Shown: one piece after another, positions 9,147 through 19,282 of the stretch
Numbering within the stretch: the first letter of the stretch is position 1
Layout of the letters: each line of letters starts with the position of its first letter
DNA from: Candidatus Hydrogenedentota bacterium
Lineage (GTDB): Bacteria; Hydrogenedentota; Hydrogenedentia; Hydrogenedentales; SLHB01
Length of the DNA: 64,000 nt
Assembly (NCBI GenBank): GCA_036789645.1
Contig: DAIQLC010000023.1
Span: forward strand, 1,065-65,064
Direction: 5' to 3'
The notes under the pieces: model-generated
Database searches by the model: none
Told to the model about the DNA's origin: nothing
What the model saw: only the letters and a program-made list of their open reading frames with translations
Translations under genes and position numbers: made by a program

Positions 9147-12100
9147 CTACTCTTCCCGCGCGCCGGGGAAAATCCAGTGTTTGGGCGGGGTAATGTCGGA
9201 CGCCCCGGGCGACTTGGGCGTGGCGTCCACCCGTTCGAGTTCCTCGACGATGAGCGAACAGTAATCGTCGTCGTTCTGCACCCTGCCCAGGACAAAATAC
9301 GGCCCGTGGGAATCGAGCAGGCGCCCGTACCGCTGGTAGGTTTCGGGAAACAGGACGCCTTCGAACACGCCTTTGGGGTCTTCGAACGTGCAGAACTTCA
9401 TGCAGCCGCGCCCCTTGAGTCCCACACGCCGTTCGGCGATCAGCCATCCGACCAGCATCACGACGCGGTCCACGTAGCGCGGCAGGTCGGCGCTGCTGAC
9501 GAGGGCGCGTTCCTGAAACAGCGACGCATAGTACTCGAGCGGATGGGTCGACACGACGAGTCCCAGCGCTTCCCATTCCTGATCGGTGCGCTTTTTCCGT
9601 GACACGTCAGGCAGCCGGGGCACGGTACGATACTCTCCCCCATGTTCGCGGAACAGGCGGTCCGCGCCGGCAGGCGTTTCCCCGTGTCCGCCCTGCGACA
9701 GCAGATGCAGTTCCCAGAACAACGCGGGACGCGTCCGGCCGAAGGCGTCGAACGCGCCGGCCTGAAGCAACGCCTCCGCCTCGGGACGCGTGATGCCGGC
9801 GCGGGCCCACACGTCCGCGAGACTTTCGAACGGGCGGTTCGCGCGCCCGGCGAGAATGGCCTCGACAGTGTCCTGAGCGAGTTGGCGCACTTCAACGAAA
9901 CCCACCCGGATGGCATCGCCTTCGGCGACGTATTCGCACCGGCTCTTGTTGATGTCCGGCGGGCGCACTTCGATGCCCAGCCGCCGGGCCTCTTCCACGT
10001 AGACCGCGGGATGATAGAAGCCCCCCCGGTTCGACAGCACGCAGGCCATGAACTCGGCCGGGAAATGGGCCTTCAGATACGTGCACTGGTAGGCGATTTC
10101 GCCATAGGTTGCCGCGTGCGCTTTGCAATACGAATATGCGGCGAAATTGGCAATGAGCCCCCAGATCTCCTCGGCGACGGCCTCCGCGATCCCGTTCGCG
10201 ACCGCCTTTTCGATGAAGGTCTTCATGCTCTTCGCCATTTCCCGGGGCGAGCGTTTCTTGGTCATGGCGCGGCGCAACAGGTCGCCCTCGGCCAGGTCCA
10301 TCCCCGCGATGACATTCGCCACCTTGAGAATGTCTTCCTGATAGAGCATCACGCCGCAGGTATCGCCGAGCACGCGTTCGAGCGCGGGGTGCAGGTACTC
10401 GACCGGCTCCCTGCCAAGGTGGCGCGCGATGAAACGCTTTTTCATGCCGCTGCCCGAGGGACCGGGCCGGACCAGCGACAGGGTTTTGATGAGCATGTCG
10501 GTATCGGCGGCCTGCGTGTTGCGCAGGAGCGTGCGCATGGCAGGCGACTCGATCTGGAAACAACCGATGGTGCGCCCGTTGCGAATCAGGTCCGCCGTGT
10601 TCGGGTCGGGTTCCGGGAGGTTCTCGACATCGAGCCGGATGCCCCGGTTGTCCCACACCTGCTGAACCGTCTCGTCGATCACCGTCAGCGAACGGTGACC
10701 CAGAAGATCCATCTTGATGAGACCCAGGTGCTCGATGGGATGCATATCGTACTGCGTCACCACAAAACCTTTCGCGGCCCGTTGAAGCGGCACGAATCGC
10801 GTGAGCGGCTCGGGCGCGATCACCAGCCCGCACGGATGCAGCGCGATGTGACGCGGATACTGGTCTATCGCTTCGGCGATGGCCACGATGGACCGCAGCG
10901 GCTCCTCGTGGATGGGCAGTTCGCGGCACTCGGGCAGGTGGCGCACAACGGTCTGGATGTCGCCCGCGTGGTAATGAGGCAAGCGGCGCGTCACCTCCCC
11001 GATCTCGCTGCCGGTGAGTCCCATGGCCTTCGCGACTTCCCGCACCGACGACCGGGCCTGGAAGGTGTTGAACGTGGCGATCATGGCAACGTGCCCGGCC
11101 CCGTACCGCTCATACACGTAATTCACCACGCGGTCGCGGCGGCGCCAGCAGATGTCGAGATCGATGTCCGGACAATCGCTCCGGGACGGATTCAGAAACC
11201 GCTCGAAATACAGATCGTACTTGAACGGATCCACCCGCGTGATGCCCAGCGCATACGCCACGAGACTGTTCGCGGCGGAACCGCGTCCCACGACGGGAAT
11301 GTCGCGAGCACGGGCGAAGTTGACGATGTCCTCCACGATGATGAAGTACGGGGCGAACCCGAGACGCTCGATGATGTCCAGTTCATGATGCAGCCGTTCG
11401 ATAACGCGGCGGTTCAGCGGCGTGTACCGGCGTTTTACCCCCTCGAAAGCGAGTTTCCACAGGTGCGAAAACGGCGTCTCGCCGCCGGGCAGTTCCACCC
11501 CGGGAAACAACGGCCTGCCGAGCGGCAGTTCGAGCCGGCATTCCTCCGCCACCCATTCCGCATTGCGCAGCGCGTCGGGCCAATCGACGTACAGGCGGCG
11601 CATCTCCTCCGGCGGCCGGAACCAGCAGGCGGCGTCCGCGGCATCGCCCGTTTCCAGCGTATCGACGGTGGCGTTGCAGCGAATGGCCGACAACACCCGG
11701 TGCACGCGGTACTCCTCGGGCTGCAAAAAGTACACGGGGTTCACCGCGACGCAGCGCAACCCGAGTTCGGCGGCCAAATCGTGCAGCCGGGTCGCCCGGT
11801 AACGCGAGACCGCGTCGCCATGATGGGTCAGGGCCACCAGCGGGTTCAGGCCATTCCGGTGAAGCCGCCGGATGCGTTCGGCGTCATCCGCGAGCACGAA
11901 CACGCGGCCGCATTCGAGCAAGCGGGCCGCCAGGTCGAAGGCCTCCTCGAGATGGTATGCGGTCACCAGGCGGCACAACTGGGCGTAGCCTTCCCGGTCG
12001 CGGGCCAGCAAGACGGTATGCTCCAGGAATACCCCGATAATGGGCTTGATGCCCGCGGCACGGGCCGCCCGGTAAAACGGCACCGCTCCATACAGCCCCC

Positions 12101-12231
12101 CCGTATCGGTAAGGGCCAGCGCCGGCAGCCCGTACGACGCGGCCCGCTCCACCAGCCGCTCCACCGGCGCCGTCCCTTCCAGCATCGAGTAATTGCTGTG
12201 TACATGCAACGGAATCACGGTATCAAGCACC
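9147..12231 (-). CDS. dnaE2: Error-prone DNA polymerase III alpha-subunit paralog (DnaE2/ImuC-type)
   Basis: PHP domain (IPLHVHSNYSMLEGTA), polymerase core and OB fold, about 1030 aa, with no long C-terminal tau-binding extension. Lies immediately downstream of a Y-family polymerase gene. The longest ORF (ATG at 12410) adds 60 Arg-rich residues without similarity, so I prefer the GTG at 12231 just before the PHP motif. Confidence 0.7.
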
Positions 12232-12475
12232 TTCGCAAAAATCCGGGACGGCCTTCCCAGCCGCCCCCGGCAATCATTTGTCTCCGATCTTGTCCGGTGC
12301 GGGACCCCGCGGGCCCGCGCGACGGAGCAAACCGCAGCGCGTCCGGAATGATCCTCCCTGGTGGCCTGGTGTCTTTGTGTGAGGCGGTTATCCATTGCAT
12401 CGTATTTCACACCAAGACACCAAGATTGTCGTGTTGCCGGGCGTCAGCTTCGCATGCGGTTTCTTGTAGCGCAGG

Positions 12476-12532
12476 GTTCGAACGGGGACACGTTGTCGCG
12501 CCGCAGACGGCGCTTGGAACATGTCCCCGTTC
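12476..12532. promoter_or_regulatory. Intercistronic palindrome (16-nt arms, 14/16 complementary, 21-nt spacer) between dinB and dnaE2: candidate operator or RNA hairpin
   Basis: gaacggggacacgttg (12480-12495) and gaacatgtccccgttc (12517-12532). Each arm reads GAAC-N8-GTT(G/C). Preceded by a GTTCGAAC palindrome at 12476-12483. Confidence 0.35.
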
Positions 12533-12639
12533 TTAGTCCGGTGTTTTGAAAATCTGTGTTCTCGGAGCCCTCTGTGGCCGTTCTCTGGTCAATCAAGATC
12601 GCCGCTGACTCACGGTGCGCTGCTCCGAAGGCGGACGCG

Positions 12640-13851
12640 TTATCTCGAAAGCGACGGTGTAGCGAGCTCAACGTGACGTCCCAGCTCCATCGATTTGCCG
12701 AACCGGATGAACTCAAAGCCATGCCGTGCGCGAATGTTGTCGACGCTTTCCATCACCCGCAGCCACTTCTCCGGCTGTTTGCCGTCAAACAACCGCAACT
12801 GATGCTGGTCGTAGCTCAACGAGGTCAGGGCAACACCCACCAGACGCACCCGGGCCCGGCGCTGGCGGGCCTTGGGAAGCAGTTCGTCGAGGGCCCGGCC
12901 GATATCCCGCTCCAGGCATGTGGACTCGGGCAGTGTTCTGGAAAACGTGTACGTCGAAAAATCGCTGTGCCGCACCTTGAGCGTCACGCAGCGGGTCTCC
13001 ATGCCGTTTTCGCGCAACGCATGCGCGCAGCGCTCCGACAAATAGGCCACAATCCGTTCGATGCGTTCCCAATCCAGCAAATCCTCCTCGAACGTCGTCT
13101 CCCGGCTGATGGATTTGGGCCGTGAGCACGGTTGGACCGGCGTAGTGGACTCCCCCCGGGCCGCGCGCTGAAGGGCGTACCCCATGGAGCCAAACGCCTG
13201 TATCAGCACCTCCACCGGAACGTCAGCGAGACATCCCACCGTCATAATGCCCAGCCGCTCCAGGATTTCCCGTGTCCGGGGACCCGCGCCCGGCAATTTT
13301 GCCAACGGAAGCGGCCGGAGAAAATCGCGCACCCGCTCCGTGTCTATCCGGAGGTAGCCATCGGGTTTGCCCTCATCCGAGGCAATTTTGGCCACGAGCT
13401 TGTTCGGGGCGATGGCGACCGTCGACGGCAACCGGGTCTCCGCGCGAATCGACTCCTTGACATAGCGCGCAATGGCGTCGTCACCGCCGAAAAGCCGCTG
13501 GGAACCCGTGATGTCCACATAGGCCTCGTCAATGGAAGCCATTTCGACACAAGGGGATATACCATCAAGAACCGCGCGGATCTTTTCGGAGGCCTCCCGG
13601 TAATGCTCGAAATGGCCCCGGATGAAAATGCCGTGGGGACACCGCCGTTTTGCTTCCGCGAGGGGCATGGCCGAGTGAATGCCGTACTTGCGCGCTTCGT
13701 ACGACGCCGTGCTTACCACGCCCCGCTTGTCGCTCTTTAACCCGCCGACAATCAGGGGTTTGCCCACAAGCGCCGGATTGAGCACCTGCTCCACCGACGC
13801 AAAAAAGGCATCCATATCGATGTGTAGAATATGCCGTTCCATGGCGCGCAC
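12640..13851 (-). CDS. dinB: Y-family DNA polymerase IV (DinB), catalytic residues intact
   Basis: HIDMDAFFASVE and SIDEAYVDIT active-site motifs, little-finger region, and a QLRLF beta-clamp-like motif near the C-terminus. 403 aa. Confidence 0.85.
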   Translation of the reverse strand: MRAMERHILHIDMDAFFASVEQVLNPALVGKPLIVGGLKSDKRGVVSTASYEARKYGIHSAMPLAEAKRRCPHGIFIRGHFEHYREASEKIRAVLDGISPCVEMASIDEAYVDITGSQRLFGGDDAIARYVKESIRAETRLPSTVAIAPNKLVAKIASDEGKPDGYLRIDTERVRDFLRPLPLAKLPGAGPRTREILERLGIMTVGCLADVPVEVLIQAFGSMGYALQRAARGESTTPVQPCSRPKSISRETTFEEDLLDWERIERIVAYLSERCAHALRENGMETRCVTLKVRHSDFSTYTFSRTLPESTCLERDIGRALDELLPKARQRRARVRLVGVALTSLSYDQHQLRLFDGKQPEKWLRVMESVDNIRARHGFEFIRFGKSMELGRHVELATPSLSR

Positions 13852-13982
13852 CTAAAATTATTTTCAGTGAAATTCTACCACGGAACACACCACGAGTCAA
13901 TAACGTTTCAACCCGGATACCTGCAGGCTGGAGCGGACTGGCCTCCGGAACGGGATGGTCTCACCGGCGCGAAACGGCCCGC

Positions 13983-14894
13983 TTACAGGTCGATCCCGAA
14001 GGCTTGCCGCAAGACAAAACCAATGCCGAAGCTGATGAGGGACACCCCGAGACACAGCCCGGCCATCTCCAGGAAACGGTGCTTGAACGGCATATCGCGG
14101 ACCACGGCAAGGTAGTATGTGAACATCACGATAATCAGGATGGCGCAAAACAGCGTGATCGCCAGGGAAATCAGGGGATTGGGAAGCAACAGATAGGACG
14201 CCACAAGCAGGGCGACGGTCGCGATGTAGGCGATCCCCGTGTAGACCGCCGCTTTCAAGGGCGAATGGCCCTCTTTTTCCTCGGCCTTGCTCGACAGGTA
14301 TTCGGAAGCGGCCATCGACATCGCGGCCGCGATGCCGGTAATCAGCCCGATCAGCGCGATGAGCCGGCTGTTGCCCAGCGCCAGCGTCAGCCCGGCCAGA
14401 GCGCCCGTCAACTCGACCAGGGCATCGCTCAACCCGAGCACGATAGAGCCGATATACTGCAACCGCTCCTCATCGAGAATGGCCAGCAGTTGCCGCTCGT
14501 GCTCTTCTTCCTCCTCAAGCACGCGCTTCGCCTCGGGGATGACGGTGGCGATCGCCTCGTAGTTGATCTGCGCGGCCTCCTCGCCCCGTTCCATCAGTTT
14601 GACGGCAAAGGTCAGGCCCAGCAGCCGCGCCATAAGGGTATACAGCGTGATTTTCGGCCGGTTCGGTTTCGCGGAGGCCTCCGTGTACCCCCGCCAGAAG
14701 TCGTGGTGGCTGCGTTCCTCTTCGGCTATCCGCTGCAGAACGCCGCGATTATGCGCGTCGGTCTGGCGCTGGGCGAGACGCGTATAGACGTGGTATTCCG
14801 TGATTTCATTCCGTTGCACGGCCAGCAGCTGGCGGCGCAGCTCCGGCGCGAGTTCCGGCGAGCCGGGAATCATCCCGTCAGACATGACCTGCAC
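13983..14894 (-). CDS. Membrane-bound ferritin-like/VIT1-CCC1 family iron (Mn) transporter fusion (MbfA-like)
   Basis: N-terminal rubrerythrin/ferritin-like four-helix segment with paired ExxH motifs (EEERSHHDFW, EEEEHERQ). C-terminal VIT1/CCC1 membrane domain with five predicted TMs. Confidence 0.75.
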   Translation of the reverse strand: MQVMSDGMIPGSPELAPELRRQLLAVQRNEITEYHVYTRLAQRQTDAHNRGVLQRIAEEERSHHDFWRGYTEASAKPNRPKITLYTLMARLLGLTFAVKLMERGEEAAQINYEAIATVIPEAKRVLEEEEEHERQLLAILDEERLQYIGSIVLGLSDALVELTGALAGLTLALGNSRLIALIGLITGIAAAMSMAASEYLSSKAEEKEGHSPLKAAVYTGIAYIATVALLVASYLLLPNPLISLAITLFCAILIIVMFTYYLAVVRDMPFKHRFLEMAGLCLGVSLISFGIGFVLRQAFGIDL

Positions 14895-14977
14895 CTCCTG
14901 ATGGCGCCCGCGCGCATGGCCCGGCCGGCAGAGCCGGTTTCAGACGGGCCGCGCAAAAACCGCGGCGCCGGCGGTTG

Positions 14978-15457
14978 TCACGGGCCGGTGCTCTCCCACC
15001 GGCCGTCTTCAGACAGCACGATGCGCCGTTCCCCGTAGAAGGGATACCGGACGACCACCCACTGCGGCGGGGTGTCCAGCGATGTCGTGAACCGGTAGAC
15101 GAGCTTCCCGTCCTCCCGGGCGGCATCCGCGTTTCTGCGCGTCTCGCCGTTGGGCAGCTTCAGCAGGACGGGTATGGCGATGTCGCGGCCGGCCCATGCG
15201 CCCCGCACAAGGAAGGCCACCCGCAGCTCGCCCGCCTCCCATCGCGCCCACGCGACCTCGCCTTTCCATTCCGCTACGGGGGCGGCTCCGATCTGGGCCT
15301 TGAGGTCTTCGTCGTAATTGCTCCAGGAGGGTTCGCACTCCGCTACGCGGCGCGCGAGTTCCTCACCGGAAATCGGCCCCCGCCCCGTGAGAAGCAGCAC
15401 CAGCACCATCACACCGGCAACAGCCAGTCCTGCTACGGGGAGGCGCCGCGACGGCAT
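14978..15457 (-). CDS. Hypothetical membrane-anchored protein
   Basis: ORF with N-terminal TM (LPVAGLAVAGVMVLVLLL). The start at 15457 avoids overlap with the upstream gene. No recognisable family. Confidence 0.45.
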   Translation of the reverse strand: MPSRRLPVAGLAVAGVMVLVLLLTGRGPISGEELARRVAECEPSWSNYDEDLKAQIGAAPVAEWKGEVAWARWEAGELRVAFLVRGAWAGRDIAIPVLLKLPNGETRRNADAAREDGKLVYRFTTSLDTPPQWVVVRYPFYGERRIVLSEDGRWESTGP

Positions 15458-15464
15458 CGGGCGC

Positions 15465-16397
15465 CTACCGGTCGGTCTGCCGGCGGTCGACAAACATCAC
15501 GCTCTTATTGACCGGTTTAGCCATCTGGCGGGTCTGCGCGAGGACTTCGAACATTTTTTTGGCGCTTTTGTACTGCCGGAACTGGTTGTGGGCCACGCCA
15601 ATCGACAGCATCATCAGCGGATACCGCCCGGTCTTGCCGCGGCGGTCGGTCGCGGTGATGTAGCCCTGCTGCACCTGCTCCGGGGTGTAGAGCTCCCTGA
15701 CCCGCTGGTCAAACATTTCCATGAACGTGTTGCAGAACCGCTCATAGTCTTCCAGATTGAGCATGACCACAAAATGTTCGCCGCCAAGGTGCGCGGTATA
15801 GCTCTCATACACGCCCATGTCCCGCGTGAGCGTGGTGATCATGCGGGCGATGAATTCCAGGGCGCGGGTCTGACCGCTCGCACCGGTCATGGCGCAGTAG
15901 GGCTTGAACCCCACCACGTCGATATAGCAGCAGGCGAGCGCCATGTTCCGCGCCAGCCGATGGTTGATCTCGCGCTTGATCGCTTCCGTTCCCGGCAGCC
16001 CCGTGGAGCCATGCCGCCGCTGCGACGATTCGAGCAGGGCCTCCAGCGAAACGATCTTGTCCATCAGGTGGTCGAGCTTGAAGGGTTTGGACAAATAGTC
16101 GTCGGCGCCCTGTTCCAGTCCGTGAAGCACCTCCGGCTCTTCCCCCAGCGCCGTCAGGATCAGGATGCCCACTTTGTAGAGTTCGGGATCCTTGCGGAGC
16201 CGTCTGCAGATGCGGTACCCCGTCTCGCCCGGCAACATGATATCGAGGATGATCAGATCCGGCTTCACCTGCTTGGCCATCTCAAAGGCGCCATCGCCCG
16301 AATGGATGACGGAGACCTCGTTTCCCTCCGCAACCAGTTTGGTACGAATGAGCTGTGCGAGGTCAACGTCGTCATCGACCAGCATGATATGACTCAT
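15465..16397 (-). CDS. Response regulator: receiver domain fused to a degenerate GGDEF domain (GGEHF)
   Basis: Receiver motifs (MLVDDD, phospho-acceptor D in LIILDIMLPG, K in SKPF). The GGDEF-like domain has DVVGFKPY and HLGGEHF instead of RxGG(D/E)EF. First ATG of the PleD-like start MSHIMLVDDD is at 16397. Confidence 0.8.
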   Translation of the reverse strand: MSHIMLVDDDVDLAQLIRTKLVAEGNEVSVIHSGDGAFEMAKQVKPDLIILDIMLPGETGYRICRRLRKDPELYKVGILILTALGEEPEVLHGLEQGADDYLSKPFKLDHLMDKIVSLEALLESSQRRHGSTGLPGTEAIKREINHRLARNMALACCYIDVVGFKPYCAMTGASGQTRALEFIARMITTLTRDMGVYESYTAHLGGEHFVVMLNLEDYERFCNTFMEMFDQRVRELYTPEQVQQGYITATDRRGKTGRYPLMMLSIGVAHNQFRQYKSAKKMFEVLAQTRQMAKPVNKSVMFVDRRQTDR

Positions 16398-16529
16398 GAA
16401 ACATCCTTTCGTTTCGCCTTCGGGCCGCCAGACGGCTGAATCATAGTATGCCACAAATCACGAACGCAACATCCCCGTGGCCATGGCCGCGAAGCCGGGG
16501 ACGTTCGCGAACCGCCGGGAAATCCCGGG

Positions 16530-17315
16530 CTAATGGTACTGCTGCCAGTCGGGTTCATTCTCGAAAATCCAGCGGTAGTAGTCCGTATTCTGCAGCAGCG
16601 AGCCCGCCTCCTGGTCCACAATGACCGTGCAATTCGGGTGCAATTGGAGGGCCGTCGCGGAAATCATGGCCGTAACGGGTCCTTCGACGGCCTTGGCGAT
16701 CACCTCGGCCTTCTCCCTGCCCGTTGCCAGCAGCACGCACCGGCGGCATTCCAGAATAGTGCCCACCCCCATGGTGATCGCGCGGCGCGGCATCGGCGTG
16801 CCTCCCGTGAACAACGGAGCGTTCTGCTCCACGGTTTCGGGCGTCAGGGCCTTGGCGCGCGTGCGCGAATGCATGGCGGACAACGGCTCATTGAAGCCGA
16901 TATGTCCCGTGCGGCCGATGCCCAGCACCTGGAGATCGATGCCGTTGCAGTCGCAGATTTCCTCCTCGTAATGGCGGCATTCCGCCTCGATGTCTTCGGC
17001 CATGCCATTGGGCAGATGGGTATTGCGCAAATCGATGTTCACGCGGTGAAACAGGTGCTTGTTCATGTAAAACCGGTACGAATTGGGGTCTTCCGGAGGC
17101 AGCCCCACGTATTCATCGAGGTTGAACGTCCGGGCGAGCGAAAAGTCCAGCCCGTCGTCCTCGTACATGGCCACCAGCAGTTCGTACACCGATTCCATGG
17201 TGCGGCCCGTGGCCAGCCCCAGCACCAGATTGGGCTTTTTCACCAGCGCCCGCGCAATCAGGGCCGCCGCCAACGATACCGCCTGGTCCCGTGTGTCACG
17301 GATAATCACTTCCAT
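16530..17315 (-). CDS. nagB: Glucosamine-6-phosphate deaminase
   Basis: 261 aa with NagB/6-phosphogluconolactonase fold motifs (LGLATGRT, FNLDEY, GIGRTGHIGFNEP). Confidence 0.9.
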   Translation of the reverse strand: MEVIIRDTRDQAVSLAAALIARALVKKPNLVLGLATGRTMESVYELLVAMYEDDGLDFSLARTFNLDEYVGLPPEDPNSYRFYMNKHLFHRVNIDLRNTHLPNGMAEDIEAECRHYEEEICDCNGIDLQVLGIGRTGHIGFNEPLSAMHSRTRAKALTPETVEQNAPLFTGGTPMPRRAITMGVGTILECRRCVLLATGREKAEVIAKAVEGPVTAMISATALQLHPNCTVIVDQEAGSLLQNTDYYRWIFENEPDWQQYH

Positions 17316-17412
17316 CGAAACAACCTTCCTTCAACGCCGATTGTCTTTCCCGTTCGCTCCGCCCGCCTCCCGAACCCTGCCGGGCATGATCTTCCGCCTC
17401 GCCCGTGCCGGA

Positions 17413-17985
17413 TCATCCGGCCAGGAGATGCTCGAGCAGGATTTTCACGCCGATGGCGACCAGTATAGCCCCGCCGGCGATCTCGATGCGCCGGCCGAAA
17501 CGCAGGCCCAGCCGCGCACCGAACAGCATGCCGACGGTGGTCAGTGTACCCGTTATAATGCCAATAATTGCCGCGGGATACCAGATATCGACGGCGATGA
17601 TGCTGAAACTGATGCCCACCGCGAGCGCGTCGATGCTGGTCGCCACGGAAAGCGTGACCAGGCTCCAGCCGCGTGTGGGATCCATCGCGGGCGCATCGGC
17701 GCCGCCGCCGTCCGCCGCGAGCGCGCCCCAGATGGCCTTGGCGCCCACGTACGACAGCAGCGCAAAGGCCACCCAGTGATCCCAGGTGACAATCAGGTCC
17801 TCGAGATGCGTCCCGAAATACCATCCGATGACGGGCATCAGCGCCTGAAACAGGCCGAAATGCCATCCGAAGCGAAACACCTGCCGCGCGGATACGTGCC
17901 CGAGACGGATGCTGGCCCCGATGGCCACGGCAAAGGCGTCCATGGCAAGCCCCAGGGCGATCCCCACGATGGTAATCAGCGTCAT
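17413..17985 (-). CDS. mntP: Manganese efflux pump MntP
   Basis: 190 aa with six TMs and the duplicated DAFAV(A/S) motif (AMDAFAVAIG and SIDALAVGISF). Confidence 0.85.
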   Translation of the reverse strand: MTLITIVGIALGLAMDAFAVAIGASIRLGHVSARQVFRFGWHFGLFQALMPVIGWYFGTHLEDLIVTWDHWVAFALLSYVGAKAIWGALAADGGGADAPAMDPTRGWSLVTLSVATSIDALAVGISFSIIAVDIWYPAAIIGIITGTLTTVGMLFGARLGLRFGRRIEIAGGAILVAIGVKILLEHLLAG

Positions 17986-18012
17986 GCGTCAGAGTTCCGG
18001 CTGGCCGCGCAT

Positions 18013-19137
18013 TCAGGGAATGCTCTGGTGGTCGGTGTTCTTCACGCGGTACCAGCACAGCAAGCGGTCGCGTTCGGGAATGCCGGGCCCCTGTCCGCCG
18101 GGCGTGTCGAGGTAGCAGAACGCGACCGAGGAATAGGCGTACGGCGCGAGCCGCTCCGGGTCGAACGGGTTCACGAATTCCATGCGGAACCGTTTCTGGA
18201 AGTGAATCGCGTCGGCCTCATGCGCGCGGTACATGGCCACGCTCGACTCGAGCGTGTCCTTGATGGGCAGGCCATGATACGGCCCGGCAAACGTGCCTTC
18301 GCGAAAATACCATCCGCCCATGAAGTAGTCTTCGAGGCCCGTGCCGAAGATTCGCGCCCGGTCCCAATCGTCGTCCAGGTAGATGTACTCCGGCGCTTCG
18401 AGATACACGAGGGTGTTCAGCGGTTCGGCCTGCATCGACAAGGTGCATCCGACGTAATGGCCGCGGCCTTCGAACTGGCCGATGAACACCGGGTCGGGCC
18501 CCTGGTTGCGCGCGGTGTGAAACTGGGCGTGAAAGTAGCCCGCCCCCTCCGACACGCCGCTGTTCAGCTGATACAACACATTCATGAAGACCCCGGTGTC
18601 GATCTTCGCGTCCATATTCTCGAGTTCAATGCGGAATCCCTGCTTGAACGGCATCGGGAATTTGCAGAAGAACCCCCCGCTCGAGGCGCCGAAATACCGC
18701 GCCGCATAATTCGCCGCCTGCGCCAGCCCGAGCCCGAAAAAGTCCGCCGCGGGCGCTTCCACCGCGGGCTTTTCCGCGCCATCCCAATAGATGCGCAGGA
18801 TCAGCGTTTTCAGGATGGACTGATCCACCGGCGCTTCGGTATTCCAGTGCTGCCAGAACCAGCCGGGAAACGTCATCCACAGATTTGCGATATGGCCCTC
18901 GCCCCGCACCTCGGTCAGGGTCACCCGTTTCCCCGCCGGCACCGATACGGTCTTCTGCCGGGTGTCGGGGTTGAACGTCGTGAACTGATGCGTTTCCCAG
19001 TCGCGCATGGCGGTGATCGCCGTGAGGGCGTCCCCGTCGCCGGCCGCGGGCGGAAGCCCGGGAGAGGCGGCTGCGGTCCCCGTTCGAAGGGCAACCAGCG
19101 AAACCCCCAGGAGAACCGCGGCGTGCCACGCGTGCAT
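18013..19137 (-). CDS. Secreted DUF2961-like protein (putative glycoside-hydrolase-like beta-sandwich); family assignment tentative
   Basis: 374 aa with signal peptide. Resembles DUF2961-like proteins by composition and length. No catalytic motif confirmed. Confidence 0.5.
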   Translation of the reverse strand: MHAWHAAVLLGVSLVALRTGTAAASPGLPPAAGDGDALTAITAMRDWETHQFTTFNPDTRQKTVSVPAGKRVTLTEVRGEGHIANLWMTFPGWFWQHWNTEAPVDQSILKTLILRIYWDGAEKPAVEAPAADFFGLGLAQAANYAARYFGASSGGFFCKFPMPFKQGFRIELENMDAKIDTGVFMNVLYQLNSGVSEGAGYFHAQFHTARNQGPDPVFIGQFEGRGHYVGCTLSMQAEPLNTLVYLEAPEYIYLDDDWDRARIFGTGLEDYFMGGWYFREGTFAGPYHGLPIKDTLESSVAMYRAHEADAIHFQKRFRMEFVNPFDPERLAPYAYSSVAFCYLDTPGGQGPGIPERDRLLCWYRVKNTDHQSIP

Positions 19138-19282
19138 GAGATGCTCCTTTCCGTGCTGCAGGCGACTTCGATCCTATGGTATCAGATTTCGCCCCGCCCG
19201 GTCCCTTTCCCCCGGAGCGGCAGCCCCGTGGTCCAGGCCGCCGGAGAACGCAGGCGGTGCGCCCGCGTGTCCCCTGCCGCGC

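Noticed and set aside
12230-12410. N-terminal 60-residue extension of the dnaE2 ORF (ATG at 12410)
   Set aside because: The extension is Arg-rich, has no similarity to polymerase N-termini, and pushes the PHP motif unusually far from the start. The GTG at 12231 directly precedes the PHP domain. The extension is retained as an alternative because a start site cannot be proven from sequence alone.
17986-18012. Looked for a yybP-ykoY Mn2+ riboswitch upstream of mntP
   Set aside because: Only 27 bp separate mntP from the upstream DUF2961-like gene stop. That is too short for the approx 100-nt riboswitch. mntP is probably co-transcribed or regulated otherwise.
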